Assembly (NCBI GenBank): GCA_965240855.1
Contig: CBDEMG010000036.1
Span: 15,917 to 79,916 of the forward strand
DNA from: an uncultured Bacteroidia bacterium
Lineage (GTDB): Bacteria > Bacteroidota > Bacteroidia > Bacteroidales > CAJPTX01
Length of the DNA: 64,000 bases
Direction: 5' to 3'
In this document: positions 37,063 to 45,996 of the stretch, piece by piece
Layout of the letters: every line of letters begins with the position of its first letter
How positions within the stretch are numbered: the first letter of the stretch is position 1
Made by a program: the position numbers and the translations under genes
Notes under the pieces: generated by a model
What the model was told of the DNA's origin: nothing
Databases searched by the model: none
The model's input: the letters and a program-made list of their open reading frames with translations, nothing else

Positions 37063-38415
37063 ATGAAGCTTGTTCGCAATTTTAGTCTTTTGAGTCTACT
37101 TGTGATATTTTTAATTGGGTGTCGTAAAGAGGAGATCCCGTCATTGAGTCTGGGAATTCGTGATACCTATTTTGGGACTCGTCTCCAACCTGTGCAAGTG
37201 GTCTGTGGTTTAGATAAGGGAGAATATGAGTGGCGGTGGGTGAGTTTCTCTTCTGATGCCAAGCGAGAAACGAAGGATGTGGTAGTATCCAATCGTCAGA
37301 ACTATGTGGCGGTGCTAGATGAAGTGGGGGAGTATCTGTTCGAATTTACGTATAGGGAGGGTAAAGAGGTCATAAAGAAGAGTTTTACGATCAATATCAA
37401 GGAGGAGATTGTGAACTATAGCCCTTATATAGCCGATGTTTTGGAATATGTACCGGCACCAGGTCGTTACATCAATAGTTATTTAGGATTTTTTGAAAAT
37501 TCGCCCAATTCGTACGATGAGGTGCTTGCACGTTGTAAAACCATCATTTGTGGCTCGAAAATCAATAAAGCAATCTCTTTGGGTGGTTTTGGTGGGTATG
37601 TTATTTTTGCATTCGATCACACTGTAATCAATGTGCCAGATTCGCCCGATTTTGAGATTTATAGTGAGATACATCTTTCAGGAGGAGTTACCCCTTCGCA
37701 ACAGGAGTATGCGAATAGTGCCCCTGGAGTGGTATGGGTAGCCTTTGATGCGAATAATAATGGAAAGCCTGATGAGGATGAGTGGTATGAGCTTTATAAT
37801 CCGATGGATGAAAAAAGTCCTTTGAAGTTAGTGCGCAATTATAAGATTACCTATAGCCAAAATACTAATCCCTTGGCTTATGCTGGAGAGCGTTTGGATT
37901 CGGCAAATGCGCGAGATTATAAGATTCCCGAGCATATTGTTTGGAGTGCGCAGTTTGAAGATCCAGCACAAGAGGCAGAGCTTGGTTCTAAGCGCTCGAA
38001 GACAGGAGGTTTTTTGCCAAAGATGAAGTTTGATATCTACGATCCGAAAGCTCCTATACAGTACATGAATCGCGATTATTGGCCTTTGTGGCGTAAAGAT
38101 CAAAGTTCGTTGAACTTCGAAGGGACTCTTTTAGCAGACAATGGTGAAGAGGAGTGGGGGAAAGTGAGTGAGAATGGTAAAGAGTATTTACAAGTCAATT
38201 CCAAGCGCTGGGTTGTCAAGGGTGATTATGCAGCGAATCGTAAAGAAAACATCTTCGATATCAACTATGCAATAGATAGAGAGGGTAATCGTGTAAATCT
38301 ACCAGGGATACAATTTGTTAAGGTACAAACAGGTGTAAATCTTCAAATGGGGCACATTGGTGGTCTCTGTACGGAGTTGAAAGGTGCGATAGACTTACAT
38401 CTAAAGACAAAATAA
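37063..38415 (+). CDS. lipoprotein with an N-terminal Ig/PKD-like domain and a C-terminal domain of about 330 aa, unknown function
   Basis: Lipobox VIFLIGC. The first roughly 100 residues have beta-sandwich character (YEWRWVSF...YLFEFTY...FTINI). The C-terminal domain contains SLGGFGGYVIFAFDH and PDEDEWYELY. Confidence 0.55.
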   Translation: MKLVRNFSLLSLLVIFLIGCRKEEIPSLSLGIRDTYFGTRLQPVQVVCGLDKGEYEWRWVSFSSDAKRETKDVVVSNRQNYVAVLDEVGEYLFEFTYREGKEVIKKSFTINIKEEIVNYSPYIADVLEYVPAPGRYINSYLGFFENSPNSYDEVLARCKTIICGSKINKAISLGGFGGYVIFAFDHTVINVPDSPDFEIYSEIHLSGGVTPSQQEYANSAPGVVWVAFDANNNGKPDEDEWYELYNPMDEKSPLKLVRNYKITYSQNTNPLAYAGERLDSANARDYKIPEHIVWSAQFEDPAQEAELGSKRSKTGGFLPKMKFDIYDPKAPIQYMNRDYWPLWRKDQSSLNFEGTLLADNGEEEWGKVSENGKEYLQVNSKRWVVKGDYAANRKENIFDINYAIDREGNRVNLPGIQFVKVQTGVNLQMGHIGGLCTELKGAIDLHLKTK

Positions 38416-38464
38416 TATTGATACGAAAACAAGTTCTGCGCACTTTACGAGGAAAACTTTAAGT

Positions 38465-39568
38465 GTGGTGACTAGGGTTCGAATACGATTTGTAGTGGCT
38501 TCTTTTCTGGTTGCCACTTCTTTTGCTCGAGCCTGTACATATTCGGGACACTCCCAATCGGCGGGAGGAGCAGGTTATGCACGAGGCTTCTCTTTTGATG
38601 TACTTCCTTCCGGGGACACGGAGTTGATAACCTATAGTCCTACGCAACGACGCTATAGGGTAGGCGATACACTCGATATTACGGACACTTTGCTCGTGTT
38701 TCCTCGAATACCTAAGCGAGTGGTCTGTTTGAGTACAACGCAGCTTCCTTTCTTGCAAATTTTGGGTTGTGAAGAGAGTATAGTAGGCGTAGCTGGCGTT
38801 CGATATATATCATCTCCTAGTTTACGTGCAAAAGTAGAAACAGGGGATATAATAGATGTTGGGGAGCCTCCTAATCTTCATTATGAAAAGATTTTGGCAC
38901 TTGCGCCAGATTTAGTATTAGCCTATAGTGCTACTGTATCTTCCGATTTTGTGTCACGTTTAGAGAAGTTACAAATTCCTGTATTGGTAATTAATGAGTA
39001 TTTGGAAAATCATCCTTTAGGGCGTGCGGAATGGTTGGAGGTTTTTGGTTATCTTTTTAATCAAAGAGAGCTTGCACGTACTATATTGGATACGGTTTCC
39101 TCTTCCTATCTAGAACAAGTAGTGGATGTGAGCCCAGCGACACGATCTACAGTATTACTAAATTTCCCTTGGAAAGAAATTTGGTACATACCAGGTAGTG
39201 AGAGTTATATGGCACAATTTATTCGCGATGCAGGAGGCGAGGTTTTATTAAGTAGTAAGTATGCAGATGCCAAATCGCATGCAATACCTCGCGAAGAAAT
39301 TTTGTTGCAAGGGATGGAGGCGATGTATTGGTTGAATCCGGGAGTGTGTGAAACATTGGATGAGTTTGTAGATTTTGCAACTTTTCGAGCAGTTCGTACT
39401 CACCATGTTTATAATAATACGCGTCGGTATTGGAAGGGGAGAGGTAACGATTTTTACGAATCGGGCGTACTACTGCCCCATATTATTTTACGCGATCTAG
39501 TCCGAATCCTTCACCCAGAATGTTCTAGTGATACGACACCTTTAGTTTTTTATAAGCAATTGGATTGA
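38465..39568 (+). CDS. ABC-transporter periplasmic binding protein, class III (siderophore, heme or cobalamin type), lipoprotein
   Basis: GTG start, with no in-frame ATG nearby. Signal and lipobox FLVATSFARAC. Motifs RVVCLSTTQLPFLQILGCEESIVGVAG and LAPDLVLAY are typical of the PF01497-type fold. No permease or ATPase gene follows. Confidence 0.7.
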   Translation: MVTRVRIRFVVASFLVATSFARACTYSGHSQSAGGAGYARGFSFDVLPSGDTELITYSPTQRRYRVGDTLDITDTLLVFPRIPKRVVCLSTTQLPFLQILGCEESIVGVAGVRYISSPSLRAKVETGDIIDVGEPPNLHYEKILALAPDLVLAYSATVSSDFVSRLEKLQIPVLVINEYLENHPLGRAEWLEVFGYLFNQRELARTILDTVSSSYLEQVVDVSPATRSTVLLNFPWKEIWYIPGSESYMAQFIRDAGGEVLLSSKYADAKSHAIPREEILLQGMEAMYWLNPGVCETLDEFVDFATFRAVRTHHVYNNTRRYWKGRGNDFYESGVLLPHIILRDLVRILHPECSSDTTPLVFYKQLD

Positions 39569-39954
39569 AAAACTTCGGAGGAGAGTAATTCCCCGATATA
39601 TTGTGATTAGATTATAAGAAACTGAAGTGTTTTGTTTTCCGAAATCTGCGAGAGGGTGTGTCAAAATCAATATAACCGCATCTCAATCTATACAATATGC
39701 GCTAAAGACCAGCAACGGGAGAATCTCGTTGCGTCTCTAGAATACTGATTATAAGATTATTATGTAGTGAGAGAGTATACTCGCTACTAGTAAATGGAAC
39801 TGCCTATTTGCTTTATATTCCTCATAATTTACATATTGACAAGTCCTCCTGAGAACCAACGTAAAAGGGCATAATAAATTACCCCTTTACGCTGCTAGCT
39901 AGAGTAGTAATAACAATTACCTCAATTTATAAGGAATGTCAAAACAGTAGAGAA

Positions 39955-40791
39955 CTATGCATTGACTACTAGAACGGGGAGCTCTGCTGCATGAACAATC
40001 AGACTCCTCTCGTGCGATTCGAGTAGGTAAAGATTTTCGGGGGTACGCATACTGTTTATGACTAGGAGGTCTGCTTCGATTTGATGTGCGTAGGCGAGGA
40101 TCTCTTGACTAAAATCTTCACGTCCTTCTACCGTATATTCGAGATGTGGAATAGCCTTTGCATCGAGGAGAGCGAGAATTTTTTCTAGATTCGCTTCGAC
40201 GGTCTCTTGTAATTCGGTCTCATTTACCTGTGGGAGGATAAGATGCACTTCAATAGGGAATCTCTCAACAAAGAGATTTAGCCAAGAGTGCTTGCAATCG
40301 GGTTTGTCTGAATAATCGACTGGGAGCAGAATTCTTTGGAAGGGGTGCTTGTTATCGATCTCGCTCTGCACAAGAAGATAGGCGCCTGCAAGATGTTTGA
40401 ATAGAGTACGTGCCATCGATTTCTTATACAGTTCAGGAGTATTGAGATGTTGCGACCCGATAACCACCATAGCAGTATGGAAGTCGCGTACAGCAGCACT
40501 TACTTCTGTTAGGAAGTCTCCCTGACTCAAGAGCCAATTGCATTCTACAGCCTCTCTATATTCGGTTACGAGCTTGGATAGATCGAGACTCCGATCGTTT
40601 TCTTGTGGTTGTGCTACGTGCAAGAGCAGAATTTTGCCTTTGCTAGCTTTTACAAACGTTGCCGCATAGGTAAGCGCGGCATGAACTTTTTCGGAAAAAT
40701 CAGTTAGTACTAAGACATTTTGTTCTCGTGGAGGCTCTTCGTTGTTATCCTCTCGCACATAAGAACTGTGCCCACCAGCTGTATCGTCCAT
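39955..40791 (-). CDS. universal stress protein, tandem UspA domains
   Basis: VLVLTDFSEKVHAALTYAATFVKASKGKILLLHV...MVVIGS begins the first domain. The second domain starts RILLPVDYSD and ends ...PVLVVNA. Confidence 0.78.
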   Translation of the reverse strand: MDDTAGGHSSYVREDNNEEPPREQNVLVLTDFSEKVHAALTYAATFVKASKGKILLLHVAQPQENDRSLDLSKLVTEYREAVECNWLLSQGDFLTEVSAAVRDFHTAMVVIGSQHLNTPELYKKSMARTLFKHLAGAYLLVQSEIDNKHPFQRILLPVDYSDKPDCKHSWLNLFVERFPIEVHLILPQVNETELQETVEANLEKILALLDAKAIPHLEYTVEGREDFSQEILAYAHQIEADLLVINSMRTPENLYLLESHERSLIVHAAELPVLVVNA

Positions 40792-40823
40792 GGTAAATAG
40801 TGAATCGTTAAATTGTCCTCTTA

Positions 40824-40831
40824 CAAATGTA
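40824..40831 (-). promoter_or_regulatory. candidate -7 promoter element TACATTTG for usp
   Basis: Plus-strand CAAATGTA reads TACATTTG on the minus strand. It lies 33 nt upstream of the start at 40791. Confidence 0.4.
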
Positions 40832-40924
40832 CAATTTTTCTGAATATAGAGTGAGACCTGTTAGAGAATTATGTCCTAGATACTATTCCCTAGAGAGAGC
40901 TTAAAAAGTTCGTTGAGTTCTTGT

Positions 40925-40932
40925 TATTTTTG
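40925..40932 (+). promoter_or_regulatory. candidate -7 promoter element TATTTTTG for parC
   Basis: Matches TAnnTTTG. It lies 21 nt upstream of ATG 40953. Confidence 0.35.
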
Positions 40933-40952
40933 CGATGGAGTAGTAAGAAGAT

Positions 40953-43601
40953 ATGGACGAAAAGAGACAGAACGGGAGTTTGTTTGATACTGAGATCGAG
41001 GGTACAGGAAACGAAGAGCTAGGAGGTACAGAGGAAGTAGTTCATGGCGGTACGCTTTCGAGTCGTGAGCTAGCATTTCATGAGCGTTTGTTGCATGATA
41101 CCCAGCGACCACAACTTACGGGAATGTACGAGAACTGGTTTTTGGACTATGCTTCGTACGTAATCCTCGAACGTGCAGTTCCACATTTAGAAGACGGTTT
41201 GAAACCCGTACAACGTCGTATTCTTCACACGATGAAGGAACTTGATGATGGTTGGTACAACAAGGTCGCTAATATTATAGGTCAGGCGATGCAGTATCAT
41301 CCTCATGGCGATGCGTCGATAGGCGATGCCTTAGTTCAGCTGGGACAGAAGGAGTTACTCATAGATACGCAGGGGAATTGGGGAAATATATTGACAGGAG
41401 ATTCGGCTGCAGCACCTCGATATATCGAGGCGCGTCTCTCGAAATTCGCATTGGAGGTGGTCTTTAATACGAAGATTACCGAATGGATGCGGAGTTACGA
41501 TGGTCGCAAGCAAGAACCCGTGACGCTTCCTGTGAAGTTCCCACTATTGCTGGCTCAGGGAGCGGAGGGGATAGCCGTGGGATTGAAATCTATGATTTTA
41601 CCCCACAACTTTAATGAGTTGATAGATGCGTCTGTCGCATATCTACGAGGCGAACCGTTCGAACTCTATCCTGATTTTTTGACGGGAGGGCTTATTGATT
41701 GTACGAAGTATTCTGATGGACGTCGAGGTGGTGTTGTAAAAGTACGAGCGAGAATACAACGCCAAGATCATAAAACTTTGGTGATTAGTGAGATCCCCTT
41801 TGGTAAGGATTCGGGAAAGATAATAGATTCGATTCGTAAAGCCAACGAGAGTGGGAAAATCAAGCTTCGTAAGATAGAGGACAATACAGCGGCAGCGGCT
41901 GAGATAGTGGTACATGTAGCCTCGGACGTTTCGGTAGATAAGACAATAGACGCATTGTATGCGTTCACGGATTGTGAGATTAGTATATGGTCCAATGCTT
42001 GTGTAATTTACGAAGAACGTCCTCACTTTTTGAGTGTTAGCGAGATATTGCAACATGCTGTAGATCGCACACTCTCATTGCTTAAGCGCGAACTTGAGAT
42101 AAGGGCAGATGAACTAGAGGCGATTTGGCATTTTGCATCCTTGGAACGCTTATTTATCGAGAATCGGTTGTACTTGGCGATCGAGGAGTGTACTACTTGG
42201 GAGGGGATTTTGGAAACGATTGCGCACTCGTTAGAGCCTTACCATAGTTTGTTACGTCGGTCTGTGACGCGAGAGGATATCATACGACTGACGGAGATAA
42301 AGATTAAGCGAATTTCGAAATATGATGCAAAGAAAGCCGATGAACTCTTACGGAGTACAGAGGAGGAGATCGCTGCAGTACAAGAGCATTTGGCACACAT
42401 TGTGGATTACACGATAGCGTATTTTAAAGGAATAAAGAAGAAGTATGGTAAAGAGTATCCTCGTCATACAGAAATAACGAATTTTGAGGCGATAGAGGCA
42501 ACGAAAGTAGTAGCAACCAACAAGAAATTGTATGTGGAGCGTACAGATGGATTTTTTGGGACAGAACTTAAAGGCGCAGAGTTGGTTGGCGATTGTTCGG
42601 ATATAGACGAGGTGATAGTAATACTGCGCAGTGGGCGTTACATGGTTTCGCTAGTCCCCGAGAAGAAATTTTTCGATAAGGATATACTTTACATAAATGT
42701 CTTTAACCGTAACGATCAGCGCACTATTTACAATATAATTTACGTAGATGAACTTGGCGTTTCGTATGTAAAACGTTGTGCTATAACAGGTGTGATACGC
42801 GATAAAGAGTATAACTTGACAAATGGCAATGCAAAAAGTAGACTCCTATATTTGAGTGTTAACCCGAATGGTGAGGCAGAGCGTTTGCGGATACATATAT
42901 CAGGAGGTTTGCGCTTACGTCATCCAGATCTAGATTTTGATTTTGGTAGTATTGCGATAAAGGGGCGTGATGTGAAGGGTAATATCGTTTCCAAACATCG
43001 TTTGGGCTCGATAAAACTCAAGGCGCAGGGGGTTTCGACATTGGGAGGGATTAAGATTTGGATAGATAGAGATATCGATCGTCTGAATACGGATGGGCGA
43101 GGTATTTATCTAGGCGAGTTCTCTGGTGAGGATAAACTGGTTGTCTTTTACAGTAATGGAACGTATCAGACCACGAGTTTTGATCTTTCAACGCGTTTTG
43201 GAGAGGGAATCCTGTTAATAGAGAAGTTTGTAGGAGGACGTGTATACAGTGCAGTATTTTGGGATGGAGAACAGGGTTTTTATTATCTAAAACGTTTTAC
43301 AGTAGAAGAGTCGCTCGCAACACGTACTTTGATAGGAGAATATCCGTCATCGCGTTTAATGCTCCTTACTTCGGAGGCACATCCGCGTCTGGTTGTGCAT
43401 TTTGGCGGTAAGAATCTGCATAGGGCATCCGAGGAGGTAGAAGTAGAGCAATTCATTGGAGTGAAGAGCTATAAGGCTCGTGGTAAACGATTGTCAACTT
43501 ATGAGATAGACAAAGTGCAGTGGGGGACTCCGTATCTTATAACAGAGAGTACGAGAGTTCCGATGCAAATAGAAGAGACAGGCGCGAGGGAGCAAGAGTA
43601 G
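40953..43601 (+). CDS. parC: DNA topoisomerase IV subunit A
   Basis: YENWFLDYASYVILERAVPHLEDGLKPVQRRILHTM...HPHGDASIGDALV...AAAPRYIEARL. 882 aa, which is the Bacteroidota ParC length and N-terminus rather than GyrA. Confidence 0.82.
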   Translation: MDEKRQNGSLFDTEIEGTGNEELGGTEEVVHGGTLSSRELAFHERLLHDTQRPQLTGMYENWFLDYASYVILERAVPHLEDGLKPVQRRILHTMKELDDGWYNKVANIIGQAMQYHPHGDASIGDALVQLGQKELLIDTQGNWGNILTGDSAAAPRYIEARLSKFALEVVFNTKITEWMRSYDGRKQEPVTLPVKFPLLLAQGAEGIAVGLKSMILPHNFNELIDASVAYLRGEPFELYPDFLTGGLIDCTKYSDGRRGGVVKVRARIQRQDHKTLVISEIPFGKDSGKIIDSIRKANESGKIKLRKIEDNTAAAAEIVVHVASDVSVDKTIDALYAFTDCEISIWSNACVIYEERPHFLSVSEILQHAVDRTLSLLKRELEIRADELEAIWHFASLERLFIENRLYLAIEECTTWEGILETIAHSLEPYHSLLRRSVTREDIIRLTEIKIKRISKYDAKKADELLRSTEEEIAAVQEHLAHIVDYTIAYFKGIKKKYGKEYPRHTEITNFEAIEATKVVATNKKLYVERTDGFFGTELKGAELVGDCSDIDEVIVILRSGRYMVSLVPEKKFFDKDILYINVFNRNDQRTIYNIIYVDELGVSYVKRCAITGVIRDKEYNLTNGNAKSRLLYLSVNPNGEAERLRIHISGGLRLRHPDLDFDFGSIAIKGRDVKGNIVSKHRLGSIKLKAQGVSTLGGIKIWIDRDIDRLNTDGRGIYLGEFSGEDKLVVFYSNGTYQTTSFDLSTRFGEGILLIEKFVGGRVYSAVFWDGEQGFYYLKRFTVEESLATRTLIGEYPSSRLMLLTSEAHPRLVVHFGGKNLHRASEEVEVEQFIGVKSYKARGKRLSTYEIDKVQWGTPYLITESTRVPMQIEETGAREQE

Positions 43602-43641
43602 AAAAAAAATAATATAAAGAGAGAAGAGGGTGTGAGTGGAG

Positions 43642-44460
43642 ATGGAAATACCATTCGTAAAATATCAAGGTGCAGGCAACGATTTCGTAATCTTGGAACA
43701 GAGGGACTTGTTGTCTGTCTTGAATGCGGATCTTACCATTGAGAAGTTAGTGCAGCAGATATGTAGTCTTCATTATGGTGTGGCAGCTGATGGATTGTTC
43801 GTCATCTTGGGTACAAAAGAAGGCGTTTGGCATGTTGATTTTTACAATCGCGATGGTAGCAAAGCTACAATGTGTGGTAATGGTTCGCGTTGTGTCAGTG
43901 CGTATTTATTTTCGCGGATGAAGACACCAGAGCATCTCATCTTAGCAATAGGGGATATCGAAATAGTTTGTTATTACATAACAGAGCATAAAGTAGGGAT
44001 AAGTATGCCTGTGGAGGATGGAGTAGAGTGGTTGCCTGGCGAGGGGGGGTATTTGATAAATACGGGCGTACCGCATTTAGTGATGTATGTAGATTCGCTG
44101 CAGGAGTTGCTAGACTTGGATCTGGTATCAGTAGCTCGCCCTTTGCGTAACAGTGTTTGTGGGAGTTTTGGTGGTGTGAATGTAGATTTTTATACATATC
44201 ATGAGGGTAAGCTCGTAATGCGTACTTACGAACGAGGTGTAGAAGGTGAGACACGCGCTTGTGGAACAGGAGCAGTAGCAGTGGCATTAATTGGTTCGAG
44301 TATAAAGAATCTGCCCTCACCACAAAAAGTTCATGTCTTGGGTGGTGTCTTAGAAGTAGATTTTGAGATAGAGCGTACGGAAGAGGAGGAGGTTGTATAT
44401 CGTAATGTGTATTTGACGGGCGATGCTTATTGTGTGGCACGTGGGATGTATTACTGCTGA
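43642..44460 (+). CDS. dapF: diaminopimelate epimerase
   Basis: IPFVKYQGAGNDFVILE, MCGNGSRC and ACGTGAVA (both catalytic Cys motifs). The track start is GTG 43636, and ATG follows at 43642. Confidence 0.9.
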   Translation: MEIPFVKYQGAGNDFVILEQRDLLSVLNADLTIEKLVQQICSLHYGVAADGLFVILGTKEGVWHVDFYNRDGSKATMCGNGSRCVSAYLFSRMKTPEHLILAIGDIEIVCYYITEHKVGISMPVEDGVEWLPGEGGYLINTGVPHLVMYVDSLQELLDLDLVSVARPLRNSVCGSFGGVNVDFYTYHEGKLVMRTYERGVEGETRACGTGAVAVALIGSSIKNLPSPQKVHVLGGVLEVDFEIERTEEEEVVYRNVYLTGDAYCVARGMYYC

Positions 44461-45248
44461 GTGGGTAGACGGAATTCTTGGAGTATGATAGGGGGTTGAG
44501 AAGGTGTAGTAAACTGCAGGAGCGAGAGTGTGGAGGAGTCTAGTGTTGCATAGGTATTTTGTGTAATCCAATCGCCAAGTAGTAAGAGTAGTCCTGCTGG
44601 TGGGAGCGTGTGCATTGTGGCGATATGGAGATGACCCATGATGTAGTAGGGGATGTTAGTAATTTTGTAGTGATTAGAAGCGAATCGTGCAACGGGTTCG
44701 TCATCTCCTCTAAACGAGTGTCGGAAATCTTTCGCATAGCGGTTATGGTGCGACCATGCTTGTCCGAATCTTATGGCAGCATTGGGATGTACGAATTTAG
44801 CGAAAAGGTATTGTAGACAGCGGGAGTGGAACATACTCCTCATGAGACGGAGGGGGAGTGAGCACTTTCCTAGTCCATCGCCGTGGCAGAGATAGAAGTC
44901 TTGGTTGTAAAGATGGAAGTGGGTAGCGTGGTGGTGTATTGTCGCACCTATTTCAGTCTCTAGGTAATTGGACATCCAAACGTCGTGATTTCCCGTGAAA
45001 ATATGGACGGGGATGCCTTGATCTGTAAAATCTGCTAGTGCGGCAAGGAAACGGACAAATCCACGAGGTACGACACGTTTGTATTCCCACCAGAAGTCGA
45101 AAATATCTCCGAGTAGGAAGAGGGCTTCTGTTGTAGGGCGTATAGTTTGCAACCACTGTACGATACGTAATTCTCTTTCGCGAGCAGGGGTTTGCGTTTC
45201 GAGTCCGAGATGGAAGTCGGAAGCGAAGTACATTTTTTTAGTGGCCAT
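44451..45248 (-). CDS. lpxH: UDP-2,3-diacylglucosamine diphosphatase
   Basis: MATKKMYFASDFHLG...LFLLGDIFDFWWEYK...TGNHD...HGD. The track ORF reaches 45431, but the conserved N-terminus starts at ATG 45248 (alternative 45233). Confidence 0.85.
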   Translation of the reverse strand: MATKKMYFASDFHLGLETQTPARERELRIVQWLQTIRPTTEALFLLGDIFDFWWEYKRVVPRGFVRFLAALADFTDQGIPVHIFTGNHDVWMSNYLETEIGATIHHHATHFHLYNQDFYLCHGDGLGKCSLPLRLMRSMFHSRCLQYLFAKFVHPNAAIRFGQAWSHHNRYAKDFRHSFRGDDEPVARFASNHYKITNIPYYIMGHLHIATMHTLPPAGLLLLLGDWITQNTYATLDSSTLSLLQFTTPSQPPIILQEFRLPTQQ

Positions 45249-45957
45249 TTGGAGTAGAAAATTCTCTATGGATTTTTGCGATGAGGAGCGTATCGTTGTA
45301 AATTTCGAGCATCTGCATGGTAATATCTTGGATGAGAGAGGAATCGGAAGCAGAGGCGAAGAAACGAACCGAGTCGTTATATCGAGCAGAAAAAGCCAAA
45401 AGGTTCGCTTTTGAGAGGGGTTCTTGTGCAATGAAACTTAGTAGTGCATCGTGAGTGTGCGAAACGAGGTTTTGAAGATCTATAAGGATTCGTGTTTGAC
45501 GTTGTGTGGTTAATAGAGGGTCGTAGTCCCATTCGTATTCGTGTTTGAGTATAGCAAGCGAATCGTTAAAATGTTTGAAGGTATTAAGTAGAGCGAGGAC
45601 TTGTTGAGATTGCTTAGATCCTCTTACAGTATAAAGGATTGGTTGTAGGGTGAGTTCTACTTTTTCGTTAGGAGCGAGAAGGAGAAGAAGTGTTTCTTGT
45701 TTTTGTTGTGTGCGAAGCGCGATGAAGGTTGGCTCGGCGAGGGAGAGTTGTAGTTCTGTAGTATCGCAAGGTAAGAAGTGTAGTAGGGTAGTACTATCGT
45801 TGGGGAGGTAGGGAGTTTTTACCAGTGCGTAGGAGAAGGAGATGGGAGTCAGAGAAGCATCGCGCACTTTGATTGTAGTCGTAGTATTTCGTTGGCATGC
45901 GAAACCGTAAGCGAAGATAGTGAGGGTAAAGAGGATTAAGATTTTGCGATTGTTCAT
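45238..45957 (-). CDS. hypothetical secreted protein or lipoprotein (239 aa)
   Basis: Signal MNNRKILILFTLTIFAYGFAC. No recognisable motifs. Confidence 0.5.
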   Translation of the reverse strand: MNNRKILILFTLTIFAYGFACQRNTTTTIKVRDASLTPISFSYALVKTPYLPNDSTTLLHFLPCDTTELQLSLAEPTFIALRTQQKQETLLLLLAPNEKVELTLQPILYTVRGSKQSQQVLALLNTFKHFNDSLAILKHEYEWDYDPLLTTQRQTRILIDLQNLVSHTHDALLSFIAQEPLSKANLLAFSARYNDSVRFFASASDSSLIQDITMQMLEIYNDTLLIAKIHREFSTPNGH

Positions 45958-45988
45958 AAACTACATAAAAAGAGTAAAAAACGTAGTA

Positions 45989-45996
45989 CAAAGATA
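45989..45996 (-). promoter_or_regulatory. candidate -7 promoter element TATCTTTG for the 45957 gene and lpxH
   Basis: Plus-strand CAAAGATA reads TATCTTTG on the minus strand. It lies 32 nt upstream of the start at 45957. Confidence 0.35.

Noticed and set aside
38475-38485. GGGTTCGAATA, which resembles a tRNA T-loop (GGTTCGAATCC).
   Set aside because: The flanking bases cannot form a T-stem (AGG versus ACG...). No acceptor stem or anticodon arm is present, and the motif lies inside the signal-peptide coding region of the binding-protein gene.
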